Shown: positions 30,292-40,665, counted from the stretch's first letter. The stretch is DNA of 64,000 nt from an uncultured delta proteobacterium (GCA_963794325.1 CAWCDG010000002.1:512001-576000), one strand, 5' to 3'. Numbers and translations are program-made. Notes: a model not told the origin generated them from the sequence alone.

Positions 30292-30494
30292 CACTCCGAC
30301 GCGGGTTTCCCGCACTGCGAATATCTCGCGTATGCCTAGTGACTCCCGGAGACTCCCCGGAGGTCATCCAGCGCCGAGGTCGCTATCCTCTGGATACCGA
30401 AAGGATAGCGGGCGCGACTGTGTCATCGCCGGACCCTGTGGTGACTTGAAGTTTTGTTGTGCATGGGTAAGCCTTTCAGCAACGAGGAGGGGAA

Positions 30495-31055
30495 ATGTCA
30501 GAAAAGCAAGATGACCTTGAAGCGGTGCGCGTCGTCACAGCAGCCCTAGAACCGTTCAACACAGAGGACCGCCATAGAATCATTCGGTGGGCGTCGGAAA
30601 AGCTTGGACTTACTAAACCGCCTGTTCAAGCGATCACACCCGCACATATGACACCGCCAGCGCCGAGTTCAACTGGTTCAGGGTCTCGCGGGGGGACTAT
30701 TAAACAGTTCATTGAGCAGAAAGACCCGAAGAGCGAGAATCAATTTGCCGCCACCGTTGCCTATTACTATCAATTCGAGGCGCCTGAGAATCAAAAGAAA
30801 GAAACGATAACGAGAGAAAATCTCCTAGAAGCCTGCCGACTCGCAGACCGGCCTCGGCTGAAGAACCCGGCACAAACGCTGGTCAACGCACACGGGGCTG
30901 GGCTTCTCGATAGGGGGGAAAAAGGAACGTACAGCATCAACACGGTCGGAGAAAACCTTGTCGCAATGACTCTTCCGGCTGGCGCGGCTGTTTCCGGTAA
31001 GACCAATATGAAGCGCCCTCGCCGTGCATCCAAGCCGAAGGTCCGCCGCAAATAG
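30495..31055 (+). CDS. Hypothetical protein (short helical N-domain, linker, wHTH-like C-domain)
   Basis: GGAGG RBS; AT-richer than flanks; 'NPAQTLVNA..GLLDRGEKGTYSINTVGE' suggests a winged helix. Confidence 0.75.
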   Translation: MSEKQDDLEAVRVVTAALEPFNTEDRHRIIRWASEKLGLTKPPVQAITPAHMTPPAPSSTGSGSRGGTIKQFIEQKDPKSENQFAATVAYYYQFEAPENQKKETITRENLLEACRLADRPRLKNPAQTLVNAHGAGLLDRGEKGTYSINTVGENLVAMTLPAGAAVSGKTNMKRPRRASKPKVRRK

Positions 31056-31084
31056 GGTAAGCGTTAAGGTCCTCTGGATGCTGC

Positions 31085-31873
31085 ATGTCTGATCTGATCG
31101 AATCGATTGAGAATGCAATCTCGGAATCGAAACGTTTGCGAGCTCGTATTACAAAACTTAAATCCGCGCAGGTCCGTAATTCCGAGGACAAAGCGGTTAT
31201 CAAGGCCACCGCGTACGCTTGGTTCAGAAATCACCGTCCGGTTCTGCTAGCCGGGACTGACGAGGATTCTCTTGTTCAGTTAGATGCAGAATACAATTTC
31301 CTCGCGGACTCCTCAGAGCGCGCCACTTCGAAACTGATCTACATTCGCCAACTCAAAACGATGGTAGAGTTGCTCGTAGCACTGCGGCCCGCACTGCTGG
31401 CATGGCGCGCCAAACCGGCAAGCCCAGACGTACCACCGAACTTCGCTCCTCTAGTTCCCGATAAAGCTATGCAGGCCATTCTGGAACGGCGATGGGCGGA
31501 GTGCATAGCTTGCATCGAAGCTTCGGCTCCAATGGCCGCAACCGTAATGATGGGCGGCCTTCTTGAAACGTTACTTCTGGCCCGCATTCTTCGTGAAAGA
31601 GATAAGGACCCAATCTTCAAGGCCAACACTGCTCCAAAAGTTGCGGGTAAAGCTCTCCCACTCAAAGAATGGGGACTGCGAAATTTCATAGATGTCGCCC
31701 ACGAATTCGGTTGGATTTCGCAGGGGGCGAAGGACGTGGGTGAAGTGCTTCGCGACTATCGAAACTACGTTCACCCGCAGAAGGAATACTCACACGGCAT
31801 CAAGTTGACCGCTGAGGACGCGATAATGTTTTGGGAGATCTCTAAAAGCATTTCACGCCAGGTCATTCGCTAA
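31085..31873 (+). CDS. Hypothetical protein with C-terminal HEPN-like domain
   Basis: AATVMMGGLLE helix and RDYRNYVH motif. Confidence 0.75.
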   Translation: MSDLIESIENAISESKRLRARITKLKSAQVRNSEDKAVIKATAYAWFRNHRPVLLAGTDEDSLVQLDAEYNFLADSSERATSKLIYIRQLKTMVELLVALRPALLAWRAKPASPDVPPNFAPLVPDKAMQAILERRWAECIACIEASAPMAATVMMGGLLETLLLARILRERDKDPIFKANTAPKVAGKALPLKEWGLRNFIDVAHEFGWISQGAKDVGEVLRDYRNYVHPQKEYSHGIKLTAEDAIMFWEISKSISRQVIR

Positions 31874-31917
31874 ATGATAGCTCGCCGGGGCGCGGACACG
31901 GTTACTTAGTTCTTGAG

Positions 31918-32754
31918 TCAGAGCGGGATTGCGGTGCGGAACATTATGAAGCGGCCTAGCATTTCGCCGACCAGGACCGACATTACTGCGATGTAGAGCA
32001 GGCCCGTTGCCGCCATTGTTTGCGGGATCTTTAGCGTCTGCCAGCACATCCAGACCAGTACGATCGTTGCGATTGGGCCGAGGATCAGGCGGACTGCGAG
32101 TAGTCCGAGATGCGAGGTGAATAGATCGTGCACGGCGGCGGCTGCGCTGGCGCTGCCGAGAATCGCGGGGAGTCCGATCGCGAGGCCGAGTGCGATCAGG
32201 TCCGTGACCAGCACGATTCCCAGTAGTCGGACGAAGGTGCGCAAGTAATCGACCGGCATATCGAGATCGATCAGGTACCAATGGCCGAACAGCATCGCGC
32301 CGCTCACCAGCCCCAATACCAGCGACGACGTGATTGCGGTCATCGCGTACGCCAGCGCCGCGACTGCGCCGAAGCCCGGCGGCATCAAGAGCATCACGTT
32401 GGCAATCAGGGCGATGAGGCCGAGGACGAGGCCCGCCGCGTACGCTCGCGATCGCAGCAGACCGTTCTCGGTCCATAGCGTGTAGAGATAGACGGCGACG
32501 GCGGCGCTCGACAACGTCCACATTGCAGCCGCGGTCCACAACGCGCCCGCGCCCGGCCCTGTGGATGCGCCGCCGCGCAACGCCAGCAGTCCCAATCCGA
32601 TCGCAGTCGTCAACGATGCGGCCAAATAGACCGAAGCGCTCGATTTGTAGAAGCCACGCTCGACGTTGAAGAACGGCGGAATCGACAGCGCGAAGAGCCC
32701 GCCCCAGGCGAGCTCTCCGAATACCAGGATAAAGCAGGCGGCAAATCTGGTCAC
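31918..32754 (-). CDS. Integral membrane protein of unknown function
   Basis: About 8 TM helices; AMLFGHWYL and ATGLLY motifs. Confidence 0.8.
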   Translation of the reverse strand: MTRFAACFILVFGELAWGGLFALSIPPFFNVERGFYKSSASVYLAASLTTAIGLGLLALRGGASTGPGAGALWTAAAMWTLSSAAVAVYLYTLWTENGLLRSRAYAAGLVLGLIALIANVMLLMPPGFGAVAALAYAMTAITSSLVLGLVSGAMLFGHWYLIDLDMPVDYLRTFVRLLGIVLVTDLIALGLAIGLPAILGSASAAAAVHDLFTSHLGLLAVRLILGPIATIVLVWMCWQTLKIPQTMAATGLLYIAVMSVLVGEMLGRFIMFRTAIPL

Positions 32755-32921
32755 GCGGGAATACTACCGGTCGCGGCGCATCGCGGACACCGTACCGCTT
32801 GCCCGGTTGTGCCCTTCGGTGGAATAAAGTGTCAGTTGGGGATGCGACGAGATACGATTAGACATCCGCCGCGGCGCGACTATAATTGAACTGAGACAGA
32901 CAGGACTTACGGGGATAGAAC

Positions 32922-33365
32922 ATGCGGTCATCGAAAATTCTGGCATTGTTGGCAATCGGGTTGGCGTTCGCGCTTTCCGCCTGCGGCGCGATGGAAGCAG
33001 CTCGCCAGGAGCAAGTGCAAAAGCAGCAGGTGTTCGAGCATCGCGTCGATATGGCGCATATCTGGGTCACGACCGAAGCACCGGCGGCCGGCAAGCCGTA
33101 CTCGGAGCTTGGCGAACTGACGTACACGGAACCGTTCTCGCCTGACGCGATCGACGAGGCGAAGATCAGCGACAAGCTGAAGGCGATGGCGTTTGCGAAA
33201 TGGCCCGATACCATCGACGCGATCGTCGATGAGAATCAGACCACCTCGGCCGACGGCTCGCAGATCACGGTCACGGCGAAGGCGATCAAATACGACTCGT
33301 CGGTTGACCGCGAAGCCTTGCATCACATGAACGAGGGAATGGTCGCGTCGCCCAACGGCAACTAG
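32922..33365 (+). CDS. Hypothetical lipoprotein
   Basis: Lipobox LSAC. Confidence 0.75.
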   Translation: MRSSKILALLAIGLAFALSACGAMEAARQEQVQKQQVFEHRVDMAHIWVTTEAPAAGKPYSELGELTYTEPFSPDAIDEAKISDKLKAMAFAKWPDTIDAIVDENQTTSADGSQITVTAKAIKYDSSVDREALHHMNEGMVASPNGN

Positions 33366-33448
33366 CGGCTCGCGTACAACTGGACCTGAAGCGGGCGCGT
33401 CGCGGAAACAATTCCGCGATGCGCCCTTTTTTTGAAGGAGGGTTGCCG

Positions 33449-33799
33449 ATGATGAAGCGAATGGTGCCGAACATCTTTTACAGCAGGTTGAGCGACGGGC
33501 TCGACCTTTTCGTCACTTGCCTCGGCTTCAAGGTGCTCCACCTGAACGCGACGCTCGCGGTGATCGAACGCGACGGCGCCAAGGCGCATCTGATCGAAAA
33601 TGCGGAGTTTGCTGCGAAGGATCGCCCGCAGATCACTATCGAGACCGATGATATCGACGAGCTGTATCGCGAGATTCAATCACGAGCGCCCGAGATGCTT
33701 CATCCCAATTCGAAAACGGTCGAGAAGAAGCCGTGGGGCGCGCGCGAGTTTGGCGTCCTCGACAAGACCGACGTCTGCGTGGTGTTTCAGCAGTTCTAA
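33449..33799 (+). CDS. VOC/glyoxalase family protein
   Basis: KPWGAREF..LD motif; AAGGAGG RBS. Confidence 0.8.
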   Translation: MMKRMVPNIFYSRLSDGLDLFVTCLGFKVLHLNATLAVIERDGAKAHLIENAEFAAKDRPQITIETDDIDELYREIQSRAPEMLHPNSKTVEKKPWGAREFGVLDKTDVCVVFQQF

Positions 33800-33810
33800 C
33801 TGTTGGAGAT

Positions 33811-34080
33811 TCAGGCGGGCGCCGACTCGGCCAGCAGACCGTCGAGCTTGCCGGCGTCGTTGAGCGCCTTCAATTCATCGAAACCGCCGACAATTTTGCC
33901 GTTGATGAAAATTTCGGGGACCGACCGGCGTCCGCCGGACAGCTCGATCATCTTCGCGCGCAACGCGTCATCATCGGTCACGTCGATTTCGACGAACGGG
34001 ATATTCTTGCTCTTGAGCAGGCTCTTGGCCCGCGTGCAGAACGGGCAGTAGGTGGTGGTATAGACTTCGACTTTCGCCAC
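33811..34080 (-). CDS. grxC: Glutaredoxin 3
   Basis: CPFC, SVPEIFING, GGFD. Confidence 0.9.
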   Translation of the reverse strand: MAKVEVYTTTYCPFCTRAKSLLKSKNIPFVEIDVTDDDALRAKMIELSGGRRSVPEIFINGKIVGGFDELKALNDAGKLDGLLAESAPA

Positions 34081-34143
34081 GGCGTACCTCGCTGGAATCA
34101 TTGTTATCCGCGCGCGAAAGCCTGTCCAGTATCTTTCGGATTG

Positions 34144-34839
34144 CTAGCGGGTGTCGGAGTATATGCGTTTGAGGCGGGCGGGCGGCACGCCCATCAGGTA
34201 CATCGAGCGAATCAACCACATCCGGACGACGGTGCGTGCGATGCCGTCGCGAGTCCATCGCCGCGCCGACGTGGTCACTCGGCAGCGCAGGCATGCGACG
34301 CGTCCAGCGCGCTTGAGGCGTCGCGAGAACTCGAGGTCCTCGCACAGATCGAACTCAGGAAATCCGCCGAGACGATCGAAGACGCCGCGCCGCACGAAAA
34401 TAGCCTGATCGCCGGTGGCAGTGCGGCTGATTCGTGAGCGTAGGCTGATCATCGTACCAATGATTCGATAGGGCAGGGCATTCGCATCGAGCTTCACGTC
34501 AAAGCGCCCGCCGACCACCGAGGGATCGGATAGCGCCGACGCGATGTCAGCGACGAATGTCATCGGCACGATCGTATCTGCATGTACGAACACCAATGCG
34601 TCGCCGTGCGATGCGCGCGCGCCCGCGTTCATCTGAAGCGCCCGGCCGCGCGATCCTGCTAGCAGCACATCGCACATCGGCCGTGCGATGTCGACGCTCG
34701 CGTCGGCGCTGCCGCCATCAACGACTACAATTTCCGCTTCGCGAGCGCCGCGGCGAATTGCTTGCAGCGTGCGCGCGATAGTCGCCGCCTCGTTGAGCAT
34801 CGGCACGATTACCGAAAGCGTTTTCAATTTCCGAATCAA
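34144..34839 (-). CDS. GT2 glycosyltransferase, TIGR04283-like
   Basis: VVDGGS, GRALQMNAGA, FVHAD, GDQAIFVRR, TSARRW. Confidence 0.88.
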   Translation of the reverse strand: MIRKLKTLSVIVPMLNEAATIARTLQAIRRGAREAEIVVVDGGSADASVDIARPMCDVLLAGSRGRALQMNAGARASHGDALVFVHADTIVPMTFVADIASALSDPSVVGGRFDVKLDANALPYRIIGTMISLRSRISRTATGDQAIFVRRGVFDRLGGFPEFDLCEDLEFSRRLKRAGRVACLRCRVTTSARRWTRDGIARTVVRMWLIRSMYLMGVPPARLKRIYSDTR

Positions 34840-35504
34840 TCCACCGGAGGATTTACCAATGGCGGAGAATTCGACGTCGAGGAGTCGCCCTTGATGATCA
34901 CGCGGCGCCCCTGAATTTCGAGACGGCCCTGCTGGAACAGAGAGATCGCGTGCGGGAAGATGCGATGCTCCTGCTGCAGGATGCGCGCGGCGAGACGATC
35001 CTCATCGTCGCCCTGCAACACGGGCACCGCAGCTTGCACGATCACCGGCCCGACATCGACGCCGGGAGTGACGAAGAAAACCGTGCATCCAGCGATCTTG
35101 ACGCCGTATTCAAGAGCGTCCTTTGGACCGTGGATTCCGGGAAACGACGGCAGCAGGCTGTTGTGAATATTCATGATGCGGCCGGGGAACGCGTCGAGCA
35201 TCACGGACGACAGCAGGCGCATGAAGCCGGCGAGCGCGACCAGCTCGACGGAACGATCGCGCAGTGCGGCAAGGAGCGCGCGGTCGAAATCTTCGCGCGA
35301 CGGAAACTTGCGATGCTCGATGACGGCGGTCTCGATTCCATGGCGGCGGGCACGCTCGAGTCCCTGCGCGTCCGGACGATTGGAGATGACGAGACGGATT
35401 TCGGCTTTGAGCTCGCCGCGCAGAATCGCATCGATTATCGCTTGCAGGTTGGAGCCGGTACCGGAAATCAGAACGCCGAGTTTGACCGTCGAATTTTCCG
35501 CCAT
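34836..35504 (-). CDS. purN: Phosphoribosylglycinamide formyltransferase
   Basis: SGTGSNLQA, LAGFMR, NIHNSLLPSFPG, EHRIFP. Confidence 0.95.
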   Translation of the reverse strand: MAENSTVKLGVLISGTGSNLQAIIDAILRGELKAEIRLVISNRPDAQGLERARRHGIETAVIEHRKFPSREDFDRALLAALRDRSVELVALAGFMRLLSSVMLDAFPGRIMNIHNSLLPSFPGIHGPKDALEYGVKIAGCTVFFVTPGVDVGPVIVQAAVPVLQGDDEDRLAARILQQEHRIFPHAISLFQQGRLEIQGRRVIIKGDSSTSNSPPLVNPPVD

Positions 35505-35533
35505 CGAATTAGCTTTTGCTGTTGCTCACTGGC

Positions 35534-36568
35534 TCAGCGAATCGACACTCCGCGCTTGCCGCGCGTTACTTCGCCGACAACATAGGCCGCGTATGTTCGC
35601 CGGAGCAGGTGAGCGACCACGCGGTCGGCCTCGCGTGCCGGCACAATCGCGACCATCCCGAGGCCGTTGTTGAAGGTTCGATCCATTTCGGCGCGTGAGA
35701 TTTTGCCGAGGCGCTGGATCAAGCTGAAAATCGGTGGCGTCGGCCAGCTGCCCCGCTCGATTATTGCTCGAGTATCCTTCGGCATCACGCGCGGCAGGTT
35801 TTCGAGCACGCCGCCGCCGGTGATGTTGGCGAGGCCGTTTATTTTGAAGCGCTCGAACAGTTCGCCGACGACTTTCGCGTAGATAAGTGTAGGGCGCAGG
35901 AGTTCTTCGCCGAGCGTGCATCCGAGCTCGTCGATGTGCGACGCGAGCTTGAGTTTCGCGCGCTGCACAACGCGGCGCACCAGTGAAAAGCCGTTGGAGT
36001 GAAGTCCGCTCGAAGCGATTCCGATCAGCACGTCGCCGGCGCGGACGCTCGACGGCTCGGGGATTCGCGCGCGCTCGACGATCCCGACCGCGAAGCCGGC
36101 CAAATCGTACTCGCCGGGCTTGTAGAGTCCGCTGAGTTGCGCGGTCTCGCCGCCGACCAGGCTCATCCCGGCTTGATCGCATCCGCGGGCGACGCCCTTG
36201 ACGATATCGACCGCAGTCTTCTTTTCGAGCTTTCCCGAGCCGATGTAATCGAGAAAGAACATCGGGCGCGCGGCGTGACAGATGATGTCGTTGACGCACA
36301 TCGCGACGCAGTCGATGCCGACGGTGTCGTGACGGCCGGTCGCGAACGCGATCATCAGCTTGGTGCCGACGCTGTCGGTGCCCGCGACCAGCACCGGCGC
36401 GCGCATCTTGCGGGCGCCGTTGAGTCCGATCAGCGCGCCGAAGCCGCCGACGCCGCCGATGACGTGCGCGCCGGAGGTGGTCTTCGCGATCGAGCCGAAC
36501 AGCGGAATCAGGCTCTGTTTCAACGCGATATCGACGCCGGCCTCTTTGTAAGTCATCGCGGTCGCCAT
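35534..36568 (-). CDS. purM: Phosphoribosylformylglycinamidine cyclo-ligase
   Basis: YKEAGVDI, GGFG, GIDCVAMCVND, GGETA, SSGLHSNGFSL. Confidence 0.95.
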   Translation of the reverse strand: MATAMTYKEAGVDIALKQSLIPLFGSIAKTTSGAHVIGGVGGFGALIGLNGARKMRAPVLVAGTDSVGTKLMIAFATGRHDTVGIDCVAMCVNDIICHAARPMFFLDYIGSGKLEKKTAVDIVKGVARGCDQAGMSLVGGETAQLSGLYKPGEYDLAGFAVGIVERARIPEPSSVRAGDVLIGIASSGLHSNGFSLVRRVVQRAKLKLASHIDELGCTLGEELLRPTLIYAKVVGELFERFKINGLANITGGGVLENLPRVMPKDTRAIIERGSWPTPPIFSLIQRLGKISRAEMDRTFNNGLGMVAIVPAREADRVVAHLLRRTYAAYVVGEVTRGKRGVSIR

Positions 36569-37145
36569 CAGTTCGATTTCCTCCGCCGCGCGAGTATCGA
36601 CGCACGGAAACTGTGATCGCCGTTCGGGTAGGTTACGCGGCCTTCGCGGTATTCCTCGATATCGAGTCCGGCTGCCAGTGCGCGGAGCTCTCCGTGCGCG
36701 AGCAGAAAACGCGGATCGCGCGGATGGCCGATCGCGGCCTGGTCAATCAAGAAGGTGTCGGCGATAAGAACGCCGCCGGGCCGCAGTGCGCGCTGCAGAA
36801 ATTCGGGAACAGCGCGCGGTCGAGGAAATTTATATTCACGATAGCGTCGAAAGATTCGTCCTTGAGATGGAAGTTATCCAAGTTTGCGACCACGGGCCAG
36901 ATGCCGAGCCGGGCGTCGCGCGCCGTCGCGGCAAGCAGGCGCATCGCTTCGGCAGAATAATCAGCCGCGACGACCGTCATACCCGCTCGCGCGAGCGCGA
37001 ACGAGTTACGCCCGCGTCCGGCGGCAACGTCGAGCGCGACGCCGCGCGGGATTCGCGCGAGCATCTCGACCAGGAACGGCTCCGCGTCGCCAGCCGCTTT
37101 GCCGCGATGCCGCTCGTCCCACTTGGCCTGGCCCGCCTCGCTCAT
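36568..37145 (-). CDS. Class I SAM-dependent methyltransferase (TehB-like); frameshift near 36800
   Basis: ALDVAAGRGRNS, NFLDR; C-part 'RFLLAHGEL..YREG' lies in another frame. Confidence 0.8.
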
Positions 37146-37876
37146 AGCACGCGGGCGAGGGTGAAGACGTCCACGGATGCCGCGCCTGCGGCGATCAGCA
37201 CACGGGCGCATTCGTCGACGGTGGCGCCGGTGGTCATCACGTCGTCAACGATCAGTACGCGGCGATTTTTGATGGGATCGGGATTCGTCACGGCGAACGC
37301 GCGGCGGACGTTCTTGATGCGCTCGTCATGGTGGCGCGAGGTCTGCGGCGTGGTGAAGCGCCGGCGCGTCATCGCGGTGGTGTCGAGCGGGAGATTCAGA
37401 CGATGCGCGACTTCGGCGGCGAGCAGCGCGGCCTGGTTGAATCCGCGCCACCACAAGCGCCGCCAATGAAGCGGCACTGGAATCACCACGTCGTAATCGG
37501 CAGCCAGTACCGGCAGATCGTCGCCCAAATATTCCACCAGCGCGCGCCCGACCGACTGGTCGAGGCCGTACTTGTGACGGCGAATCAGTGCGGGCAGAGT
37601 GCCGGGCTCGTCCTCCGCGGTGGTGCGGTAGCGCGCGATAGTCCGTGCGATTCGGTAGTGCGGCGGATGCGCGAGGCATCGCGCGCAGCGGGTTGCGCCG
37701 CTGCTGGCGGACTCGAGCGGTCCGCCGCAAATTTCGCAGCGCGGATTCGGCACCAGCTCGACTCTCGCGACGCATCGCGCGCAAACCCGGCGTCCCGGCT
37801 CGCCGGCCAGCGGCGTCCCGCACGCGGCGCATCGGGGCGGGTAGAGAAAGTCCAGAACCTGGGCGAGCGCGGGCAT
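37142..37876 (-). CDS. comF: ComF family protein
   Basis: Double zinc ribbon, PVPLH..RGFNQA, LIVDDVMTTGAT. Confidence 0.92.
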   Translation of the reverse strand: MPALAQVLDFLYPPRCAACGTPLAGEPGRRVCARCVARVELVPNPRCEICGGPLESASSGATRCARCLAHPPHYRIARTIARYRTTAEDEPGTLPALIRRHKYGLDQSVGRALVEYLGDDLPVLAADYDVVIPVPLHWRRLWWRGFNQAALLAAEVAHRLNLPLDTTAMTRRRFTTPQTSRHHDERIKNVRRAFAVTNPDPIKNRRVLIVDDVMTTGATVDECARVLIAAGAASVDVFTLARVL

Positions 37877-37935
37877 ATATGATTGATCCGTCCGCCAGCG
37901 CCCAAACTCAAGAGGGTTGTGGTATAGAGAAATGC

Positions 37936-39150
37936 ATGAGCGGACCGCTTGACGGAATTCGAATTATCGACTGGACGATCTGGCAGCAGGGGCCGGTCGC
38001 CACGCAGATGCTCGCCGACCTGGGCGCCGAGGTTATCAAGATAGAAGAGCGCGAGCGGGGCGACCCGGGGCGCGGAATAACGGCGGTCGCGGGCAGTGCG
38101 ACCAACAAGGGCGGGCGCAATTATTATTTCGAGGCCAACAACAAGCACAAGAAGAGTATCGCGCTGAATCTCAAGCAGCCCGAGGCGCGCGAGATCGTGC
38201 ATCGACTGGCGCGCCACAGCGACGTCTTCGTGCAGAATTTTCGCAAGGGCGTCGCGCATCGACTCGGACTCGGCTATGCGGACCTCGTGACGATTAACCC
38301 GCGAATCATTTATGCGAGCGCGTCGGGCTACGGCCCCGAGGGACCCGACAGCGGCGAGCCGTCGTTCGATTACCTGGGGCAGGCGCGATCGGGAATCATG
38401 AACGCAGTCGGCAGCGGGAGCACGACGCCGACCTACGTATACGGCGGAATCGCCGATCAGATGGGCGCGATAATGCTCGCATACGGCGTGCTGGCGGCAT
38501 TGTTCGCGCGCGAGCGCACCAACCTCGGGCAGGAAGTTGACGCGTCGCATCTGGGATCGATGATGGCGCTGCAGGGACTCAACGTCGTCGCGCGAACGAT
38601 CATGGGCAAGGAGTTTCCGCGCAACACGCGGGCCAACGCGTACAATCCGCTGTGGAATCACTATCGATGCGCCGACGACAAATGGATTTCATTGGCGATG
38701 CTTCAGCCGGACCGCTACTGGAAAGAGTTCTGCGAAGTTATCGGAAAGCCGGAATTGATCGAGGATCCGCGCTTCGCCGAAGTCAAAACTCGGGGCAAGA
38801 ACTCGGCCGCGGTGGTGGCGATATTCGACGAGGTGTTTGCGACGCGCCCGCGCCACGAGTGGATGGGAATTCTCAAGGGCCGCGGCGACTTCATCTATAC
38901 GATAGTCAATTCGGTGACTGATCTGCCCGACGATCCACAGGTCAGGGCCAACGATTACGTGGTCGATTACGATCATCCCGCGCTCGGAAATCTGACGCTG
39001 CTCGGGATGCCGGTGAAGTTGAGCGCGACGCCGGGCGAGCCGCGCGGGCATGCGCCGGAACTCGGCGAGCATACCGAGCTGCTGCTGACCGAGATGCTTG
39101 GTTACTCGTGGGACGATGTCGCGCGGCTGCGCGAAGCCAACGTGATTTGA
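37936..39150 (+). CDS. CaiB/BaiF family III CoA transferase
   Basis: PLDGIRIID, LADLGAEVIKIE, APELGEHT. Confidence 0.93.
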   Translation: MSGPLDGIRIIDWTIWQQGPVATQMLADLGAEVIKIEERERGDPGRGITAVAGSATNKGGRNYYFEANNKHKKSIALNLKQPEAREIVHRLARHSDVFVQNFRKGVAHRLGLGYADLVTINPRIIYASASGYGPEGPDSGEPSFDYLGQARSGIMNAVGSGSTTPTYVYGGIADQMGAIMLAYGVLAALFARERTNLGQEVDASHLGSMMALQGLNVVARTIMGKEFPRNTRANAYNPLWNHYRCADDKWISLAMLQPDRYWKEFCEVIGKPELIEDPRFAEVKTRGKNSAAVVAIFDEVFATRPRHEWMGILKGRGDFIYTIVNSVTDLPDDPQVRANDYVVDYDHPALGNLTLLGMPVKLSATPGEPRGHAPELGEHTELLLTEMLGYSWDDVARLREANVI

Positions 39151-39169
39151 ACCTTGAGGAGCTGACGCA

Positions 39170-39580
39170 ATGGCGATCACAGGATCAATCGAAGACCGCG
39201 AAGAAGTCCGCGTGCTGCATGCGCGCTACTGCCTGATGCTGGACACCGGCCGCTTCGACGAGTGGATCGATTGCTTCACCGAGGACGGCGTGTTCGAGAG
39301 TCCGCGCTTCGGCCGGCACGCTGGACGCGACGGGCTCAAGCGATTCACCGCGATGTACAAGGAGTCGCTCGGCGGCGCGCAGATTCTGCACGTGGTCGCG
39401 AATCCCGCTTTCGATCTCGACGGCCAAAGCGGCAGTGGCATCTCCTACCTGCTGTACTACCACTGCAAGGAAGGCAGGGTGCAGCAATCGACGGTAGGCT
39501 ACTACACCGACCAGTTGCGTAAGATTCCCGCGGGATGGCGCTTTGCGAGCCGCCAGGTTACGATCCTCGGGCACCATTGA
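39170..39580 (+). CDS. SnoaL-like/NTF2 family protein
   Basis: ARYC..LD, FTEDG, GYYTD, GWRFASR. Confidence 0.85.
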   Translation: MAITGSIEDREEVRVLHARYCLMLDTGRFDEWIDCFTEDGVFESPRFGRHAGRDGLKRFTAMYKESLGGAQILHVVANPAFDLDGQSGSGISYLLYYHCKEGRVQQSTVGYYTDQLRKIPAGWRFASRQVTILGHH

Positions 39581-39722
39581 GGCGCAGGCGCGCGACCTGA
39601 ATTTTTCGCTGGACCCACTTTCCCACTCTGATAGCATTTTCATAGTGTCCCGTTTCTTCGGAAGAGGGCATCGGAGCGCAAGCCCGCGCGTGACCTTTCA
39701 AACCGCAGGTTGAGGACAAATT

Positions 39723-40229
39723 ATGGATCAATCGACAGGTGAGCTGATCAGCCGGCTATCACGGCTGGAGTCGCAACAGGCCAGTCTCCAGCGCAGCAAC
39801 AAGCATCTGCGGATGATGACCGGCGCGCTGATGCTGCTATGCGGCGCGCTGTTCACGATGGCGGAGACGAGCTCCACGGTGCCGGACACCCTGGAAGCGC
39901 AACAGTTCCTGCTGCGCGACAGTAGCGGCAAGTTGCGCGGCTCGATGGGCGTCCTGTCCGACGGCGCAGTGGGACTTAATCTTTCCGACCCCAGCGGCCG
40001 CACCCGAGTGACTGTTGATCTCGCTTCGAACGGTACTCCCGGTGTGGACCTCTACGATCAGGACGGCAAGGTCCGCGCAACTATGGCGCTTGGGGATGCC
40101 GGCCAACCCGGAGTCGGTCTCTACGGTCCCGACGGCCATCTGCGAACCGCGCTGGATATCCCGAAGAAGGGCACTCCGGGCTTGTCGTTCTATCACGACG
40201 ACGGCAAGCCGGGGTGGGGAGCTCCCTAA
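39723..40229 (+). CDS. Hypothetical membrane-anchored protein with beta-hairpin repeats
   Basis: Coiled coil, TM segment, repeated LxDxxGKxR units. Confidence 0.75.
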   Translation: MDQSTGELISRLSRLESQQASLQRSNKHLRMMTGALMLLCGALFTMAETSSTVPDTLEAQQFLLRDSSGKLRGSMGVLSDGAVGLNLSDPSGRTRVTVDLASNGTPGVDLYDQDGKVRATMALGDAGQPGVGLYGPDGHLRTALDIPKKGTPGLSFYHDDGKPGWGAP

Positions 40230-40230
40230 C

Positions 40231-40575
40231 ATGTATGCACAGGGAAGATATTTCAGGCCGGGTCGTGTAATTGGAGCGGCCGTATTGCTCGGAGTGATCG
40301 CATTGAGCGGCTGCTATGACGAAGGCGGCTACTACGGCGGCGGTTACCCTTCGTATGGCTATGCGCCGTACTCATATGGTTGGGGCGGGGGTTGGGGAAA
40401 TGGCTGGGGCTATCGTCCTGACTTCGACGAGCACCATTCGTGGGAGGGACATTCCGGCTACGGCGGCCATCATACGGAGTTTTACCACGGCGGCGGTGAG
40501 GTTGGTCATGAGGGCGGCGGAGGCTTTCACGGTGGAGGTGGAGGAGGACACGGCGGTGGTGGCGGCCATCGTTGA
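40231..40575 (+). CDS. Gly/Tyr/His-rich lipoprotein
   Basis: Lipobox LSGC; low-complexity tail. Confidence 0.65.
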   Translation: MYAQGRYFRPGRVIGAAVLLGVIALSGCYDEGGYYGGGYPSYGYAPYSYGWGGGWGNGWGYRPDFDEHHSWEGHSGYGGHHTEFYHGGGEVGHEGGGGFHGGGGGGHGGGGGHR

Positions 40576-40609
40576 ATGACACGCGACCTCTCCCCTAAAC
40601 AGAAACGAA

Positions 40610-40651
40610 GCGGCGCCGGATCGCGAATACGATCCGGCGCCGCATTCTTTT
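40610..40651 (+). terminator. Intrinsic terminator between convergent genes
   Basis: 14-bp stem gcggcgccggatcg/cgatccggcgccgc followed by a T-rich tail. Confidence 0.8.
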
Positions 40652-40665
40652 CAGTGACTACGTCC

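Noticed and set aside
31881-31900. Possible attR (resembles the tRNA 3' end, gggcgcg..acac)
   Set aside because: Too short and degenerate in GC-rich DNA to support.
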